A stretch of 64,000 nt of DNA from Candidatus Woesearchaeota archaeon. GTDB lineage: Archaea > Nanobdellota > Nanobdellia > SCGC-AAA011-G17 > JACPNG01. Both the position numbers and the translations under genes were made by a program. Below are positions 29,486-40,025 of this stretch, one piece after another (the first letter of the stretch is position 1; each line of letters begins with the position of its first letter). The DNA is taken from contig JACPNE010000004.1 in the NCBI GenBank assembly GCA_016185615.1, positions 4,625-68,624 on the forward strand, read 5' to 3'. The notes beneath the pieces are model-generated. The model was given only the letters and a program-made list of their open reading frames with translations. It made no database searches and had not been told where the DNA came from.

Positions 29486-29942
29486 TCATATATTAATAGC
29501 ATTGATTATTGTAGAGTTATTTAATATAAAATACAAAGGATTAGTAATTCTAGGATCAGTGCTTCCGGATTTCTTTTTCAAAATAGCTACTCTTGGGACT
29601 TTTATAAAGATTCCATCAACAGAAATTTATTGGAGCTTATTACCAATCCATATCCCATTAGGAACTTTATTTCTAACATTGATAATAGCTTCATTTTTCA
29701 GATTTGATTATTTTAAAACTGTTTTATTTATAACAGTCGGATGGATAACACACTTTGCCTCAGATTCATTATTCAAATCATTATTGATAAATCCCCAAGC
29801 AATGTTGTTATTCCCATTTTCTTGGAATATGTTCAGCTTCAGTTTGTTATGGAGTGACCAATATTATATTGTATTGGCTATAACAATAATTCTATATTTA
29901 ATAGTAAAATTGTCAAAGCTTAAACTAACGAAAGTTATTTAA
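29469..29942 (+). CDS. integral membrane protein (possibly YdjM/DUF457-like metal-dependent hydrolase)
   Basis: Carries MPDWISHILIAL...GSVLPD. Family assignment is uncertain. Confidence 0.35.
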   Translation: MPDWISHILIALIIVELFNIKYKGLVILGSVLPDFFFKIATLGTFIKIPSTEIYWSLLPIHIPLGTLFLTLIIASFFRFDYFKTVLFITVGWITHFASDSLFKSLLINPQAMLLFPFSWNMFSFSLLWSDQYYIVLAITIILYLIVKLSKLKLTKVI

Positions 29943-29965
29943 TATGAATATTAGTCACCAATGAA

Positions 29966-30517
29966 ATGAAAAGTCAAAAGACAAGATTTGAAACTGAACT
30001 AAGGCAGAATTACAATGAAGATATGTCCAATATTCTTGTAAGATTCAAATGGTTCAGAAAGAGATTATTTTATAGGTGGATTATAAAAAAATGGTTCAAA
30101 AACTGCAATGATATTTTAGATGTGGGCGCAGGAAACGGGGAATTTGTAAGAATAGCAAAAAGACTTGGAAAAAACTGTATCGGAATAGATATTAATAATT
30201 CAAGGGCAGAAAATCCATTAATCAAACATATGGATTTTAGGGATGTTAATTTCCAAGTTGATGGGGTATTCTCTATGATGCTATTGGAGCATGTTGATTG
30301 CTTTGAGTTTATGGAAAAAATGTCTAATGTTTGTAAGAAAAGATTAGTAACTGTAACTTATTATCCTGTAAGAAGCTTTTGGCAGTCTCCAGATCATACT
30401 AGACCTTATCTTCCAATAACTTTGAAAAGATTATACAAGGCTTATGGATTCAAGCCAATATTTGCTAGAAGGATAAGTTATACTACTGTAATGGCTGTGG
30501 GGGATAAGATTTACTAA
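29966..30517 (+). CDS. class I SAM-dependent methyltransferase
   Basis: Motif I ILDVGAGNGEFV. Confidence 0.65.
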   Translation: MKSQKTRFETELRQNYNEDMSNILVRFKWFRKRLFYRWIIKKWFKNCNDILDVGAGNGEFVRIAKRLGKNCIGIDINNSRAENPLIKHMDFRDVNFQVDGVFSMMLLEHVDCFEFMEKMSNVCKKRLVTVTYYPVRSFWQSPDHTRPYLPITLKRLYKAYGFKPIFARRISYTTVMAVGDKIY

Positions 30518-30571
30518 TATGTCAAATAAATTCAAAGTAAATTATTTGAGTTTAGACTTGGAGTTTTCAGC

Positions 30572-32266
30572 ATGAGAATACTCGGGATTAATGATTCGCA
30601 CGATGCAGGTGTTACATTAATAGACAACGATAAAGTCATTTCTATCAACGAAGAAAGATTAAACAGAATGAAGTTATGTTATGGGTTTCCAGGGATGTCT
30701 CTTAATGAAGCGCTTAAGATTGCTAATCTAAAACCAGAAGACATAACCTATGTTTCTATAGCAACAAAATATGCAAAGTTTGTTCCAAAGCCAATTCCAC
30801 ATAGTGATATGGCATTATTGTTAATGGAAGACCGCTCTAAGATAAGTGAATTAAGTCCATATCTTGGATTTTTATTTAACAAGAATATCTGGACAAAAAT
30901 ACAAAAAAGATTTCTCGATTCAAAGAGAATAGAAAGGCAGAAAGAAATAACTAATTTATTAAGGGAATTGGGATTTAAATGCCCAATAACTTTCGTTGAG
31001 CATCATCTATGTCATGCAGCAAGTGCACATTTCACATCCGGCTTGAATAAAACTTTGATAATAACTTCAGATGCGGCAGGAGATGGATTATCAACAACTG
31101 TTTCTATAGGAGAAAAACATGAAATAAAAAGGTTGTACGAGTCTAATTCATACAATTCAATAGCAAAATTCTACAGCTATGTTACCTCAATTCTTGGATT
31201 CAGTATGGGAAAGCATGAAGGAAAAGTAACAGGATTAGCTGCATATGGAAAACCAATTTATCTTAATGTTTTCAAAAAGATGATAATCTCGAAAAATGGA
31301 AAAATAATAAATATCTCAAATTCAAGGCATGATCAGAGTATAAAAAAAATTCTTAAAAAAATTGGAGATAATTTCAGCAAAGAAGATTTAGCATCAAGTA
31401 TACAGTTACATTTAGAGAATGAGTTCTCAAACTTTGTTGAACATTGGGTTAATAAAACCGGGATAAAAGATGTTGTTTTGGCTGGTGGCTTATTTGCTAA
31501 TGTTAGATTAAATCAGAAGATACATGAGATAAAAGGGATAAACTCTGTTTATGTCCATCCGCATATGGGTGATGGTGGATTAAGCATGGGTGCAGCATTA
31601 TATACAAAGAATAAGTTTTCATATTATAATAAAAAATTAGATACAGTTTATTTTGGAAACGAGTATGATGATGAAGCAATAAGGAAAGCACTGGATAAAA
31701 ATAGAGTAAATTACAGGTATCACAGGAGCATTGAGAAAGAAATAGCAAGATTATTAGCTGCTGGAAAAGTTGTAGCAAGATTTAATGGTGCTATGGAGTA
31801 TGGCCCAAGGGCTCTGGGAAATAGGAGCATATTGTATCAAGCTAATGATCCTAAAGTAAATGACTGGTTGAATAAAAAATTAAAGAGAACAGAATTTATG
31901 CCATTTGCTCCCGTTACATTAAGTGAATTAGCATCTAAAAGTTATCTGAATTTGAATGGTGCTGAATACGCTGCTAAATTTATGACAATAACATTTTATT
32001 GTAATGAAGAGATGAAAGAGAGTTGTCCCGCTGTTGTTCACCTTGATAACACTGCACGTCCACAATTAATTTCAGAGAAAGAAAATCCAAGCTACTACAA
32101 AATATTAAGAGAGTATTACAAATTGACTAATGTTCCTACGATAATTAACACAAGTTTCAACATGCATGAAGAGCCTATTGTGTGCTCTCCAGAAGACGCT
32201 ATAAGATCATTCAAGCAGGGTCATCTCGATTATTTAGCTATTGGAAATTTCTTGGTTGAGAATTAG
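30572..32266 (+). CDS. carbamoyltransferase (NodU/CmcH family)
   Basis: N-terminal MRILGINDSHDAGVTLI..., an HxxH region, and a size of 564 aa typical of O-carbamoyltransferases. Confidence 0.8.
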   Translation: MRILGINDSHDAGVTLIDNDKVISINEERLNRMKLCYGFPGMSLNEALKIANLKPEDITYVSIATKYAKFVPKPIPHSDMALLLMEDRSKISELSPYLGFLFNKNIWTKIQKRFLDSKRIERQKEITNLLRELGFKCPITFVEHHLCHAASAHFTSGLNKTLIITSDAAGDGLSTTVSIGEKHEIKRLYESNSYNSIAKFYSYVTSILGFSMGKHEGKVTGLAAYGKPIYLNVFKKMIISKNGKIINISNSRHDQSIKKILKKIGDNFSKEDLASSIQLHLENEFSNFVEHWVNKTGIKDVVLAGGLFANVRLNQKIHEIKGINSVYVHPHMGDGGLSMGAALYTKNKFSYYNKKLDTVYFGNEYDDEAIRKALDKNRVNYRYHRSIEKEIARLLAAGKVVARFNGAMEYGPRALGNRSILYQANDPKVNDWLNKKLKRTEFMPFAPVTLSELASKSYLNLNGAEYAAKFMTITFYCNEEMKESCPAVVHLDNTARPQLISEKENPSYYKILREYYKLTNVPTIINTSFNMHEEPIVCSPEDAIRSFKQGHLDYLAIGNFLVEN

Positions 32267-33167
32267 AATTGTTCATTAAGATATAGCTATATATTAATCC
32301 AAATGAGAATGATATGATAACAGAAGCTAATCTGTCTAATAAAGCTACTTGCAATCCTTCAGCAGCAGTTAATCCAAGGAAAGTTGAAGATAATGTTATG
32401 ATAAATTCAGTTACTCCCAATCCAGCAGGAGTGATACTTATAAGGGTAGATATTGTCGAGAATATTGATACTATAAAAATAACAAATATTGGAATAGATA
32501 AATCAAATGATCTATAAGCGAAAAATAATCTAGTTCCCATTATAAGGACAAATAATAGTTCATAGACAGATAATTTATATAATAATCTCGAATCTTTGCT
32601 TAATAATTTCCATCCATTGATTATATTGATAATCCAGTTAAGGATTTTATTATTTCTTCTTCTGAATTCTGGGGGAAAAAATACCAAGAACAATGTTGCT
32701 AAAGTTAATAAAAGGAATGCGATAAAAATCCATATATTAAATATATTAAGATATAATAAAGCTAAAACAGTCAATAATAATCCAGATAAGCCATAAACTA
32801 AAAATCTTATTATGTATAAAGCAGTCATTGTTGTCAAAAAAGTTGCATAAGGAAAATTATGGATTTTCTTAAGATAAAAACCCCTAGCAATGACACCCCC
32901 CCTTGGAGTCAGATAATTACCCATTACTGTAATTGCGGCTAACCCCATCCATTCTTTTATTTTTAAATTGATATTATAGTAGCTTGAGAATAATTTTATT
33001 CTGATTCCATTTATGTATAATCCAAGAAATGAAAGAAATATCATTAAAGGAAGATACCTAAAAGATATTTTTGGAATGATTGTAAAATCATAGTAATTAC
33101 TTTTAATGAATATAAAAAGCAAAATTAACAAAACTAGATACGCCAAGAGAGTCATTAGCTTTTTCAT
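32238..33167 (-). CDS. flippase-like / LPG-synthase-TM-like integral membrane protein
   Basis: About eight TM segments with a basic N-terminus. The assignment is tentative. Confidence 0.4.
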   Translation of the reverse strand: MKKLMTLLAYLVLLILLFIFIKSNYYDFTIIPKISFRYLPLMIFLSFLGLYINGIRIKLFSSYYNINLKIKEWMGLAAITVMGNYLTPRGGVIARGFYLKKIHNFPYATFLTTMTALYIIRFLVYGLSGLLLTVLALLYLNIFNIWIFIAFLLLTLATLFLVFFPPEFRRRNNKILNWIINIINGWKLLSKDSRLLYKLSVYELLFVLIMGTRLFFAYRSFDLSIPIFVIFIVSIFSTISTLISITPAGLGVTEFIITLSSTFLGLTAAEGLQVALLDRLASVIISFSFGLIYSYILMNNSNSQPRNFQ

Positions 33168-33247
33168 TTAAGAAAAATAAAAAATAGCATTATTAAACCT
33201 TTTCTATTGATAGCAACAGTTATATATTATTAAAAGATTAAATATCG

Positions 33248-33880
33248 ATGAGTAATAAAATGCTGAAAGACAGAGAGGGAATACTAAAAAAGTATTTAGT
33301 CAGACCATTTTCAACAAGAATTACAAAAGTTATTGTAGATACAAAGATAACTCCGAACCAGATAACATTATTATATATTTTATTATCTTTACTATCATCT
33401 TACTTCTTCCTGCAAGGTTCATATAGAGAGTTGATTATAGGGGCAGTAATACTAAAAATAGCATATATATTTGATGGTGTTAATGGAGAACTAGCAAGAA
33501 TAAGAAAAATAACCTCAGAGTTTGGATCATGGTTCGATGATTTTGGAGACAGAATAAGAGAATCTGTTACATTTATTTCATTAGCAATTGGCTTATATAA
33601 GATATCAAATGATGTGAATGTTCTTTATCTTGGATTATTAGCCATAGCAAACGTATTGTTAGTGGCATTCGCGAAATCTCCGACATTATCAAAAAATGTT
33701 TCAACAAAACCAGAATTTAATATAGGAAAAAACTTTTTCGGATTCACAGACACAACAGTTTATGTAACAATTATATTAGCATTATTAAACCAAGTTTATA
33801 TTCTTTTATGGATATATTCTACAGTCGGGGCTTTAGTATGGATGAAGAAATTAATCTCAATATACAAAGAGCACAATTAG
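33248..33880 (+). CDS. CDP-alcohol phosphatidyltransferase family protein
   Basis: Carries the DG(x)2AR(x)8G(x)3D(x)3D motif: FDGVNGELARIRKITSEFGSWFDDFGD. Confidence 0.75.
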   Translation: MSNKMLKDREGILKKYLVRPFSTRITKVIVDTKITPNQITLLYILLSLLSSYFFLQGSYRELIIGAVILKIAYIFDGVNGELARIRKITSEFGSWFDDFGDRIRESVTFISLAIGLYKISNDVNVLYLGLLAIANVLLVAFAKSPTLSKNVSTKPEFNIGKNFFGFTDTTVYVTIILALLNQVYILLWIYSTVGALVWMKKLISIYKEHN

Positions 33881-34563
33881 TCTTTTCTTATTATAACTAA
33901 AAGATATCCAGCAAAAATCTTTAGCCAGGATCTTTGCAAATTTTTATCAAGAAATTTTAAAATATTTGATACCAATGGAATTCTATATACAAATCCAAAC
34001 GGAGTAAATATTCTTATTCCATAAACTTTCTCAATTTTCGTATTTTCAGGCAGAATCATTTTTATGTCATTTATTGTATCATATCTGGAAAAAGTCCTAT
34101 TTCCGGATGTATAATCCCTAAATCGATTTGTGAGAAATTTCATACTTAATGGATTATAAAACTCGAGTATTAATACCCCATTTTTCTTTGTTACTCTTGA
34201 CATCTCTTCCAATGCTTTCTTTATATCAGCAACATGTGGCAAAACTTTTAATGAATAAACAACATCAAACTGATTATTTTTGAATGGAATATCAGTTGCG
34301 CTCGCTTGTTTTACATCTAATTTCTTTTTCTTTGCATTATTTAACATCCCGGAACTTAAATCAATCCCCTTTGCAGATTTTGCTATTTTAGAAACCCTTT
34401 CTAAAACCAATCCAGTTCCGCATCCGACTTCTAACACATTTTTTTCTTTTGCTAACTTGAAGATTTTTTCTAATTCCAGATTTCTCACAAAGTTATGATA
34501 GCTGGTTGATCTTTCCGAATCATATTTCTTATAATCATCATAATAATTTTTTATTGGTCTCAT
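33877..34563 (-). CDS. class I SAM-dependent methyltransferase
   Basis: Motif I VLEVGCGTGLV. Confidence 0.7.
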   Translation of the reverse strand: MRPIKNYYDDYKKYDSERSTSYHNFVRNLELEKIFKLAKEKNVLEVGCGTGLVLERVSKIAKSAKGIDLSSGMLNNAKKKKLDVKQASATDIPFKNNQFDVVYSLKVLPHVADIKKALEEMSRVTKKNGVLILEFYNPLSMKFLTNRFRDYTSGNRTFSRYDTINDIKMILPENTKIEKVYGIRIFTPFGFVYRIPLVSNILKFLDKNLQRSWLKIFAGYLLVIIRKD

Positions 34564-34604
34564 AATTAGTTAAGCATTTTAGAAGAATTTAAAACATTTA
34601 CTAA

Positions 34605-36035
34605 TTAGAATATGTCCATCCTATCAAGCATTTTTTCACCATAATATCTTAACGATCTTATTCTTGATAACTTCCAAGCAATATATCCAAGCGGTTTTCC
34701 AAACATATTTTGCAAAACCCATTTGTCAGCCTCAGCTGTACAATGAAGATAAGCTTTCAATCTTAATTCTTTTGGAAAATCCTCGGTCTCATAAACAATG
34801 TTCGCATATTCATATTCTTTTCCTGTTGTTTGTGTTCCCAAAGTATGGGATGCCTCATAATGGGATTCTTCAATTGGAATAATAGGGGTTGAATTTTCCT
34901 TTGCCCATTCATATAATTCTGTCTGTGGCATTGGTACAGGATTAGAATACCTTGGAAGATCAATCCCATGTTTCTTAAAGAAATTAATGCTTGCTAATTC
35001 CTTTTCATAAGTGCTTCCAGGCAATCCAACAATAAAAAATGCCTTTATCTTGATTCCAGCATCCTTGCATATCTTGATTGCCCTTACAATAACATCTACG
35101 TTAGCTGGTTTTTTCATTTGTCTAAGAACATCATCATGAACAGATTCGATTCCCATTGAGATTAAAGTACAGCCAGCTTGTTTCATCTTCTGCATCATCT
35201 CTTTATTTACAGAAGCTGCTGTTATGCCTTGCCCGACTATCCATTTTATTTTCAGATCTCTTCTTATAATCTCATCGCATATCTCAATAACTCTTTTGTT
35301 TATAAAACCGAAATTATCATCCAATATCTGGAAATTGGTTGTGCCAAATTTTTTATGTATATATTCTAATTCATCCACAACATTCTTTGGGCTTCTGTAT
35401 CTATATCTAACAAAAACTGCTGGAATTGTGCAAAAAATGCATTTATGTGGGCATCCACGGGCAGTCATTATCGGGAATTTTATTCTTTTTATATTTTTAT
35501 TATATTTTTTTAGATCAAAAAGATGCCATGCAGGAAATGGTATACTATCAATATCATCTCTTAACTCTCTTTCATTAATTATTATTTTATCATTTTCTTT
35601 ATATCCTAATCCTGGAACTGATTTCCAGTCTTTGTCATTTTGGTATTTTTCCAAGAATTCTGGAAATACAAATTCTCCCTCTCCGACCATAATGAAATCA
35701 ACATATGATTTCGGAAGTATTGATTCAGCTAATGTTGTTACTTCTGGACCACCAGCAACTATCATGATCTTTGGATTATGATTTTTGACAATCCTCATCT
35801 GATTAAATGCATTTTTAACAGTCAGAGAAGCTAGACTAAATGTAACAACGTCAGGATTAAATGATTTTAGTGTTGACTCAAATCCTTCCTCAACACCTTT
35901 TATTCTCATATCTAAAATTTTAACTTCATGTCCTGCTTTTTCCAATGCTGCAGCTATATAAGCCTGGGCTAATAAAGGTCTTTTTGGTCTGTAATTACCT
36001 ACAATATCCTTAGGTTGTGTCATTAAGATTTTCAT
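34605..36035 (-). CDS. B12-binding domain radical SAM protein (paralog A)
   Basis: N-terminal cobalamin-binding Rossmann domain, then a CxxxCxxC cluster (ARGCPHKCIFCT). The start was set to MKILMTQP by homology with the other paralogs. Confidence 0.8.
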   Translation of the reverse strand: MKILMTQPKDIVGNYRPKRPLLAQAYIAAALEKAGHEVKILDMRIKGVEEGFESTLKSFNPDVVTFSLASLTVKNAFNQMRIVKNHNPKIMIVAGGPEVTTLAESILPKSYVDFIMVGEGEFVFPEFLEKYQNDKDWKSVPGLGYKENDKIIINERELRDDIDSIPFPAWHLFDLKKYNKNIKRIKFPIMTARGCPHKCIFCTIPAVFVRYRYRSPKNVVDELEYIHKKFGTTNFQILDDNFGFINKRVIEICDEIIRRDLKIKWIVGQGITAASVNKEMMQKMKQAGCTLISMGIESVHDDVLRQMKKPANVDVIVRAIKICKDAGIKIKAFFIVGLPGSTYEKELASINFFKKHGIDLPRYSNPVPMPQTELYEWAKENSTPIIPIEESHYEASHTLGTQTTGKEYEYANIVYETEDFPKELRLKAYLHCTAEADKWVLQNMFGKPLGYIAWKLSRIRSLRYYGEKMLDRMDIF

Positions 36036-36132
36036 TTTAACTATAAAAACAGAAATTATCTGTCCCACCACCTCCAAACTTATATCTTTACCGATAATAT
36101 AATTTAAAAAGCTTTTTATTACATATTATAAA

Positions 36133-37854
36133 ATGAGAAAAGATATCAATAAACTTATACTTATATTTATTTTATTAGTTATAGCTAAGAGCTTATTGTC
36201 ATCATTCATTTTGGCTCCAAGTGAATTTTCTGATGGTTATATTTATTCTAAAATTGCGAGAAGTGTCTTCTTTTCACAAGAATTTTCTGTGCATGAAATT
36301 AGTGTAGATCACCTTCCTTTATATCCTATAATTTTATCTCCGGCATACCTTTTCCAGGATATGAACAATGTTTATTTATTTATGAAAATAATTAATGCTT
36401 TTATATCTTCATTAATAATCTTTCCAGTATTTTTCTTAGCAAAAGAATTTTTAAGTACTAAAAAATCATTCTTATTTTCCATATTAATCTCTGTTCTTCC
36501 TTCTAACTTTGCATTCTCTTCATATTTGATGACTGAAAACTTATTTTACCCCTTATTTTTAACTTCAGTTTATTTCATCTATAAATCATTCCAAGAAGAC
36601 AGAATAAAGTATGATATTCTAGCATCAGTATTTATCGGCTTGTCATTCTTGACAAGAGCTTTATCCATTGTATTAATTTTTATAGTATTTGCATTGTTTG
36701 TTTATAAAATTATAAAGAAAGATTATGAAATAAAAGATATTTCTATAAAATTAGTTTTATATATACTACCATTTTTGATAATAATCTCTCCATGGATAGT
36801 AAGAAACATGTTATTATCAAACAATGAGCTTGGAATCATTACAAGCCATTATGTCAATAAGTCATTTGCTTTACCAAGACCATTAAATATATTATTACTA
36901 TTTTCATTTATATGGACATTATTGTATTTTGGATTCATCCTTTTAGCATCTGGGGTCATATTTCCATTTATGCATCTTACAACAATAAAAGAATTTTTTA
37001 AAGAAAAAAAATTATTTTTATTATTGATTATATCTTATTTAGCAATTATTCCTATATTGATTATAATCTCAAGATATAATGCAGGAACTGTATTGTCTAA
37101 TGAGATTTTATTCAAAACTTATGGAAGACCATTAGGAAGACACATAGATGTTGTTTTGCCATTAATATTATTGCTTGGAGTTATAGGGTCAACAATGTAT
37201 AACAAAATAAAGTATAAATATCTTATTGCTACCACAATAATAACAGCAATCATACTTTTATTTTCTGTAAAATTGGTATTCTATCCTTTATTTCCGTTGA
37301 ATAATTTATCCTTGGCTTGGATTGGAACATTGAAGTATGGGATTGACTATTTGTTTTATGGAAAACAAACCACAGATGTCATATTTAGCATGATATCTTT
37401 TTTATTTTTCATATTACTATTTTTGATAATCCCTTTTAGTTTATTTTTATTGCAAAAAAATAAAAAACTTGAAACAAATAGTATAATGAAATTCTTTATC
37501 ATATTCTTCCTTTTAGTCAGCCTATTAAATTATGGATTGACATATTATAATTCAAATATATGGTATAACGGAGAACAGATGCAGTTAGGATTATGGCTTA
37601 ATGATTATGATCCTAAAATATCAAATATATTAATAGATGAAAGGGATTGTACAGGAAAAATCTCAAAAGAAGACCAATCAAGCTTATGCGAGCCGTCAAA
37701 GATATCAACAATAATTGGATTTTGGCTGAATGATGAGATTAAGATAGGAGATGTTTCTAATCTAGAGAATATAGATTATGTAATAACAAAGCATAATATG
37801 GATTTAGAGCTTGTTAAAGAGTCTGAAAGCGGAATAAGGGTATATAAAAGATGA
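36133..37854 (+). CDS. GT-C fold membrane glycosyltransferase (ArnT/PMT-like, 573 aa)
   Basis: More than ten TM helices, with the N-terminal loop/TM organisation typical of GT39/GT83-like enzymes. No WWDYG motif is present, so it is not called as AglB. Confidence 0.5.
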   Translation: MRKDINKLILIFILLVIAKSLLSSFILAPSEFSDGYIYSKIARSVFFSQEFSVHEISVDHLPLYPIILSPAYLFQDMNNVYLFMKIINAFISSLIIFPVFFLAKEFLSTKKSFLFSILISVLPSNFAFSSYLMTENLFYPLFLTSVYFIYKSFQEDRIKYDILASVFIGLSFLTRALSIVLIFIVFALFVYKIIKKDYEIKDISIKLVLYILPFLIIISPWIVRNMLLSNNELGIITSHYVNKSFALPRPLNILLLFSFIWTLLYFGFILLASGVIFPFMHLTTIKEFFKEKKLFLLLIISYLAIIPILIIISRYNAGTVLSNEILFKTYGRPLGRHIDVVLPLILLLGVIGSTMYNKIKYKYLIATTIITAIILLFSVKLVFYPLFPLNNLSLAWIGTLKYGIDYLFYGKQTTDVIFSMISFLFFILLFLIIPFSLFLLQKNKKLETNSIMKFFIIFFLLVSLLNYGLTYYNSNIWYNGEQMQLGLWLNDYDPKISNILIDERDCTGKISKEDQSSLCEPSKISTIIGFWLNDEIKIGDVSNLENIDYVITKHNMDLELVKESESGIRVYKR

Positions 37855-37937
37855 TAAAAAAATTTATATACACATCAAATTCTATAGTAAAGGATGGAGG
37901 TGAGGGTGGTTTCGTATTTTTAGTAAAACCTATTTAG

Positions 37938-39968
37938 ATGATATCTGTAATTGTGCCTGTTTATAATGATCAAGTATTCCTAGAAAAGTGTTTAACATCT
38001 ATATTTAGTTCAGATTACAAGGATTTTGAAGTTATAGTTGTTGATGACTATAGCAAAGATAATTCTGTAAATGTAGCAAAAAAATTCCCTTGTAAAATTA
38101 TAGAATTAAAAACAAATGAGGGAGTGGCAAACGCAAGAAACCAGGGAGCAGATACTGCAAAAGGGGATATTTTAGTATTTTTTGATTCTGATATTATGAT
38201 TGAAAAGGATACATTGTCAAAATTTGCTAAAGCACATGAAGATCCAAGCATAAAAGTCTGTCAGTGCCAGATTTCAACAAAGTCATTAACGAATGGATTT
38301 ACCCCAGATTTGATTGCATTGACATGGCACCATATATTTAATGTCATGGGAAGATGTCCCTCTTATCTTTCAACAATGGCCTTCTCAATAGAGAAAAAAG
38401 TATTTGATGAGATCGGCGGTTTTAATACAAACTTTGAATCATCTGGGGGGGAAGAATTCGAAATAGGAATGGAACTTAAGAAGCACGGATATTTAATTGA
38501 GTCAGATCAATCATTTAGCGTATCCCATCATTATCAATATTTCTGGCCAAGATGCAAAACATTATTCAGAAGAAGCTATGTCTATGGAAAGATATTCTTT
38601 GACAGGAATTTTCAGTTTGATAAAGGACATGGAACAATGAAAGAGGGAATTAATTCAATATTATCAATGGCAGGAATTCCTTTGTTAGCTATCTCTTTAT
38701 TCATCCCTTATACGCTTATTGCATTCCTATCTACAATAATAATACAAAATATTCTTGATATGAATAAAAATAGTTTCATTATAAAAAATAAAGGATTATT
38801 TTCCTACATTAAGTCAATACCAATAAATTATGTTTGGTATTTATCAATGGGTCTAGGTGTAATGAAAGCAGGAATTGTAAGTTATACTAAAAAATTATTC
38901 AGTCCAATAAAGAGTCTAAGCTTTTTACTATCAAAGACTCCCCCCTATGTGATATTTTTTGTAACAGCTGTATGTAATGCAAGATGTAAGCATTGCTTCT
39001 ATTGGGAGAAAGTAGCTAATCCTGATATAAGCGGAGAATTAAAATTAGATGAGATAAAGAAAATATCAGAAAGCTTTGATAAGATAGAATATATGACATA
39101 CAGTGGAGGAGAGCCAAGCTTAAGAAGGGATATAGTAAAAATCACCCAGACATTCTACAAAAATAATGGTTTAAACAGATTAAATTTTATCACAAACGGA
39201 TTTGCTCCTGAGCTTCTTGTAAAAGAGGTTAAAGGAATATTAAGAACATGCCCTAACTTAAATCTGATGGTGAGCTTCTCCATAGATGGGGTTGAGAAAC
39301 AGCATGAAGACGTAAGAAAAGTTCCTGGTGGATTTAAAAAATTAGTAAAATCAATAGAAGAGATAAAAAAATTAAAAAAGCATCATAAAAATCTGAAGAC
39401 TTTTGCAATAACAACGCATACAAAATACAATGAAGATAACCTTCCCGAAATTGTACATTATATAACTAAAAAACTAGAATTGGAGTTATGTTTGAATTAT
39501 ATACGTGGAGATCCATTGGAGAAAGAAGCAAAAGAGACAAATTTGAAGGATTATCAGAAAACATGGGACAAACTTATACAGATAAATGAGAAAAACTCAA
39601 AGCAAGGATTTACAGAGAATATTATAAGAGCCATGAATAATCTCTCTTCCAAATTAATCGCAAAAACATTGACAGGAAAGAAAAGAACAGTAAAATGTGT
39701 TACTGGAAGAAAACAGATAGAGATAGCCGAGGATGGTACAATATTCCCATGCGAGATAATGGGTGTGAATTTCGGAAATATACGAGATTATGATTATGAC
39801 ATAAAGAAAATATTAAACACAAAAAAAGCCAAGGACTTTATTGAGCATATAGAAAAAATAAAATGTCACTGTACATGGGAATGCGCAATGAAGAATAATA
39901 TCGTTTATAATCCAAGGCAATATCCGGCCTTATTCCTTGAATGGATAAAAGTTGTATTCTTAAAATAA
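37938..39968 (+). CDS. fusion protein: GT2 glycosyltransferase - TM segment - radical SAM/SPASM domain
   Basis: The N-terminus MISVIVPVYNDQ...DDYSKDNS...FFDSDI is a GT2 domain. A hydrophobic middle follows. The C-terminus has FFVTAVCNARCKHCFYW (CxxxCxxC) plus the auxiliary-cluster Cys motifs CVTG...PCE and CHCTWEC. Confidence 0.75.
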   Translation: MISVIVPVYNDQVFLEKCLTSIFSSDYKDFEVIVVDDYSKDNSVNVAKKFPCKIIELKTNEGVANARNQGADTAKGDILVFFDSDIMIEKDTLSKFAKAHEDPSIKVCQCQISTKSLTNGFTPDLIALTWHHIFNVMGRCPSYLSTMAFSIEKKVFDEIGGFNTNFESSGGEEFEIGMELKKHGYLIESDQSFSVSHHYQYFWPRCKTLFRRSYVYGKIFFDRNFQFDKGHGTMKEGINSILSMAGIPLLAISLFIPYTLIAFLSTIIIQNILDMNKNSFIIKNKGLFSYIKSIPINYVWYLSMGLGVMKAGIVSYTKKLFSPIKSLSFLLSKTPPYVIFFVTAVCNARCKHCFYWEKVANPDISGELKLDEIKKISESFDKIEYMTYSGGEPSLRRDIVKITQTFYKNNGLNRLNFITNGFAPELLVKEVKGILRTCPNLNLMVSFSIDGVEKQHEDVRKVPGGFKKLVKSIEEIKKLKKHHKNLKTFAITTHTKYNEDNLPEIVHYITKKLELELCLNYIRGDPLEKEAKETNLKDYQKTWDKLIQINEKNSKQGFTENIIRAMNNLSSKLIAKTLTGKKRTVKCVTGRKQIEIAEDGTIFPCEIMGVNFGNIRDYDYDIKKILNTKKAKDFIEHIEKIKCHCTWECAMKNNIVYNPRQYPALFLEWIKVVFLK

Positions 39969-40025
39969 ATTATATTTTGTCCTCTCAAAAGCAAAGTATA
40001 TAAGGGTTTCGTTCACAAGATAAAT

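Noticed and set aside
36060-36077. GGAGGTGG Shine-Dalgarno-like sequence and TTG start extending B12-rSAM paralog A by 14 codons
   Set aside because: The SD-like string would be 36 nt upstream of the homology-supported ATG (MKILMTQP) and within the codons of the TTG-extended frame. All four paralogs start at the equivalent M(K/R)(I/V/A)L motif, so the extension is judged spurious.
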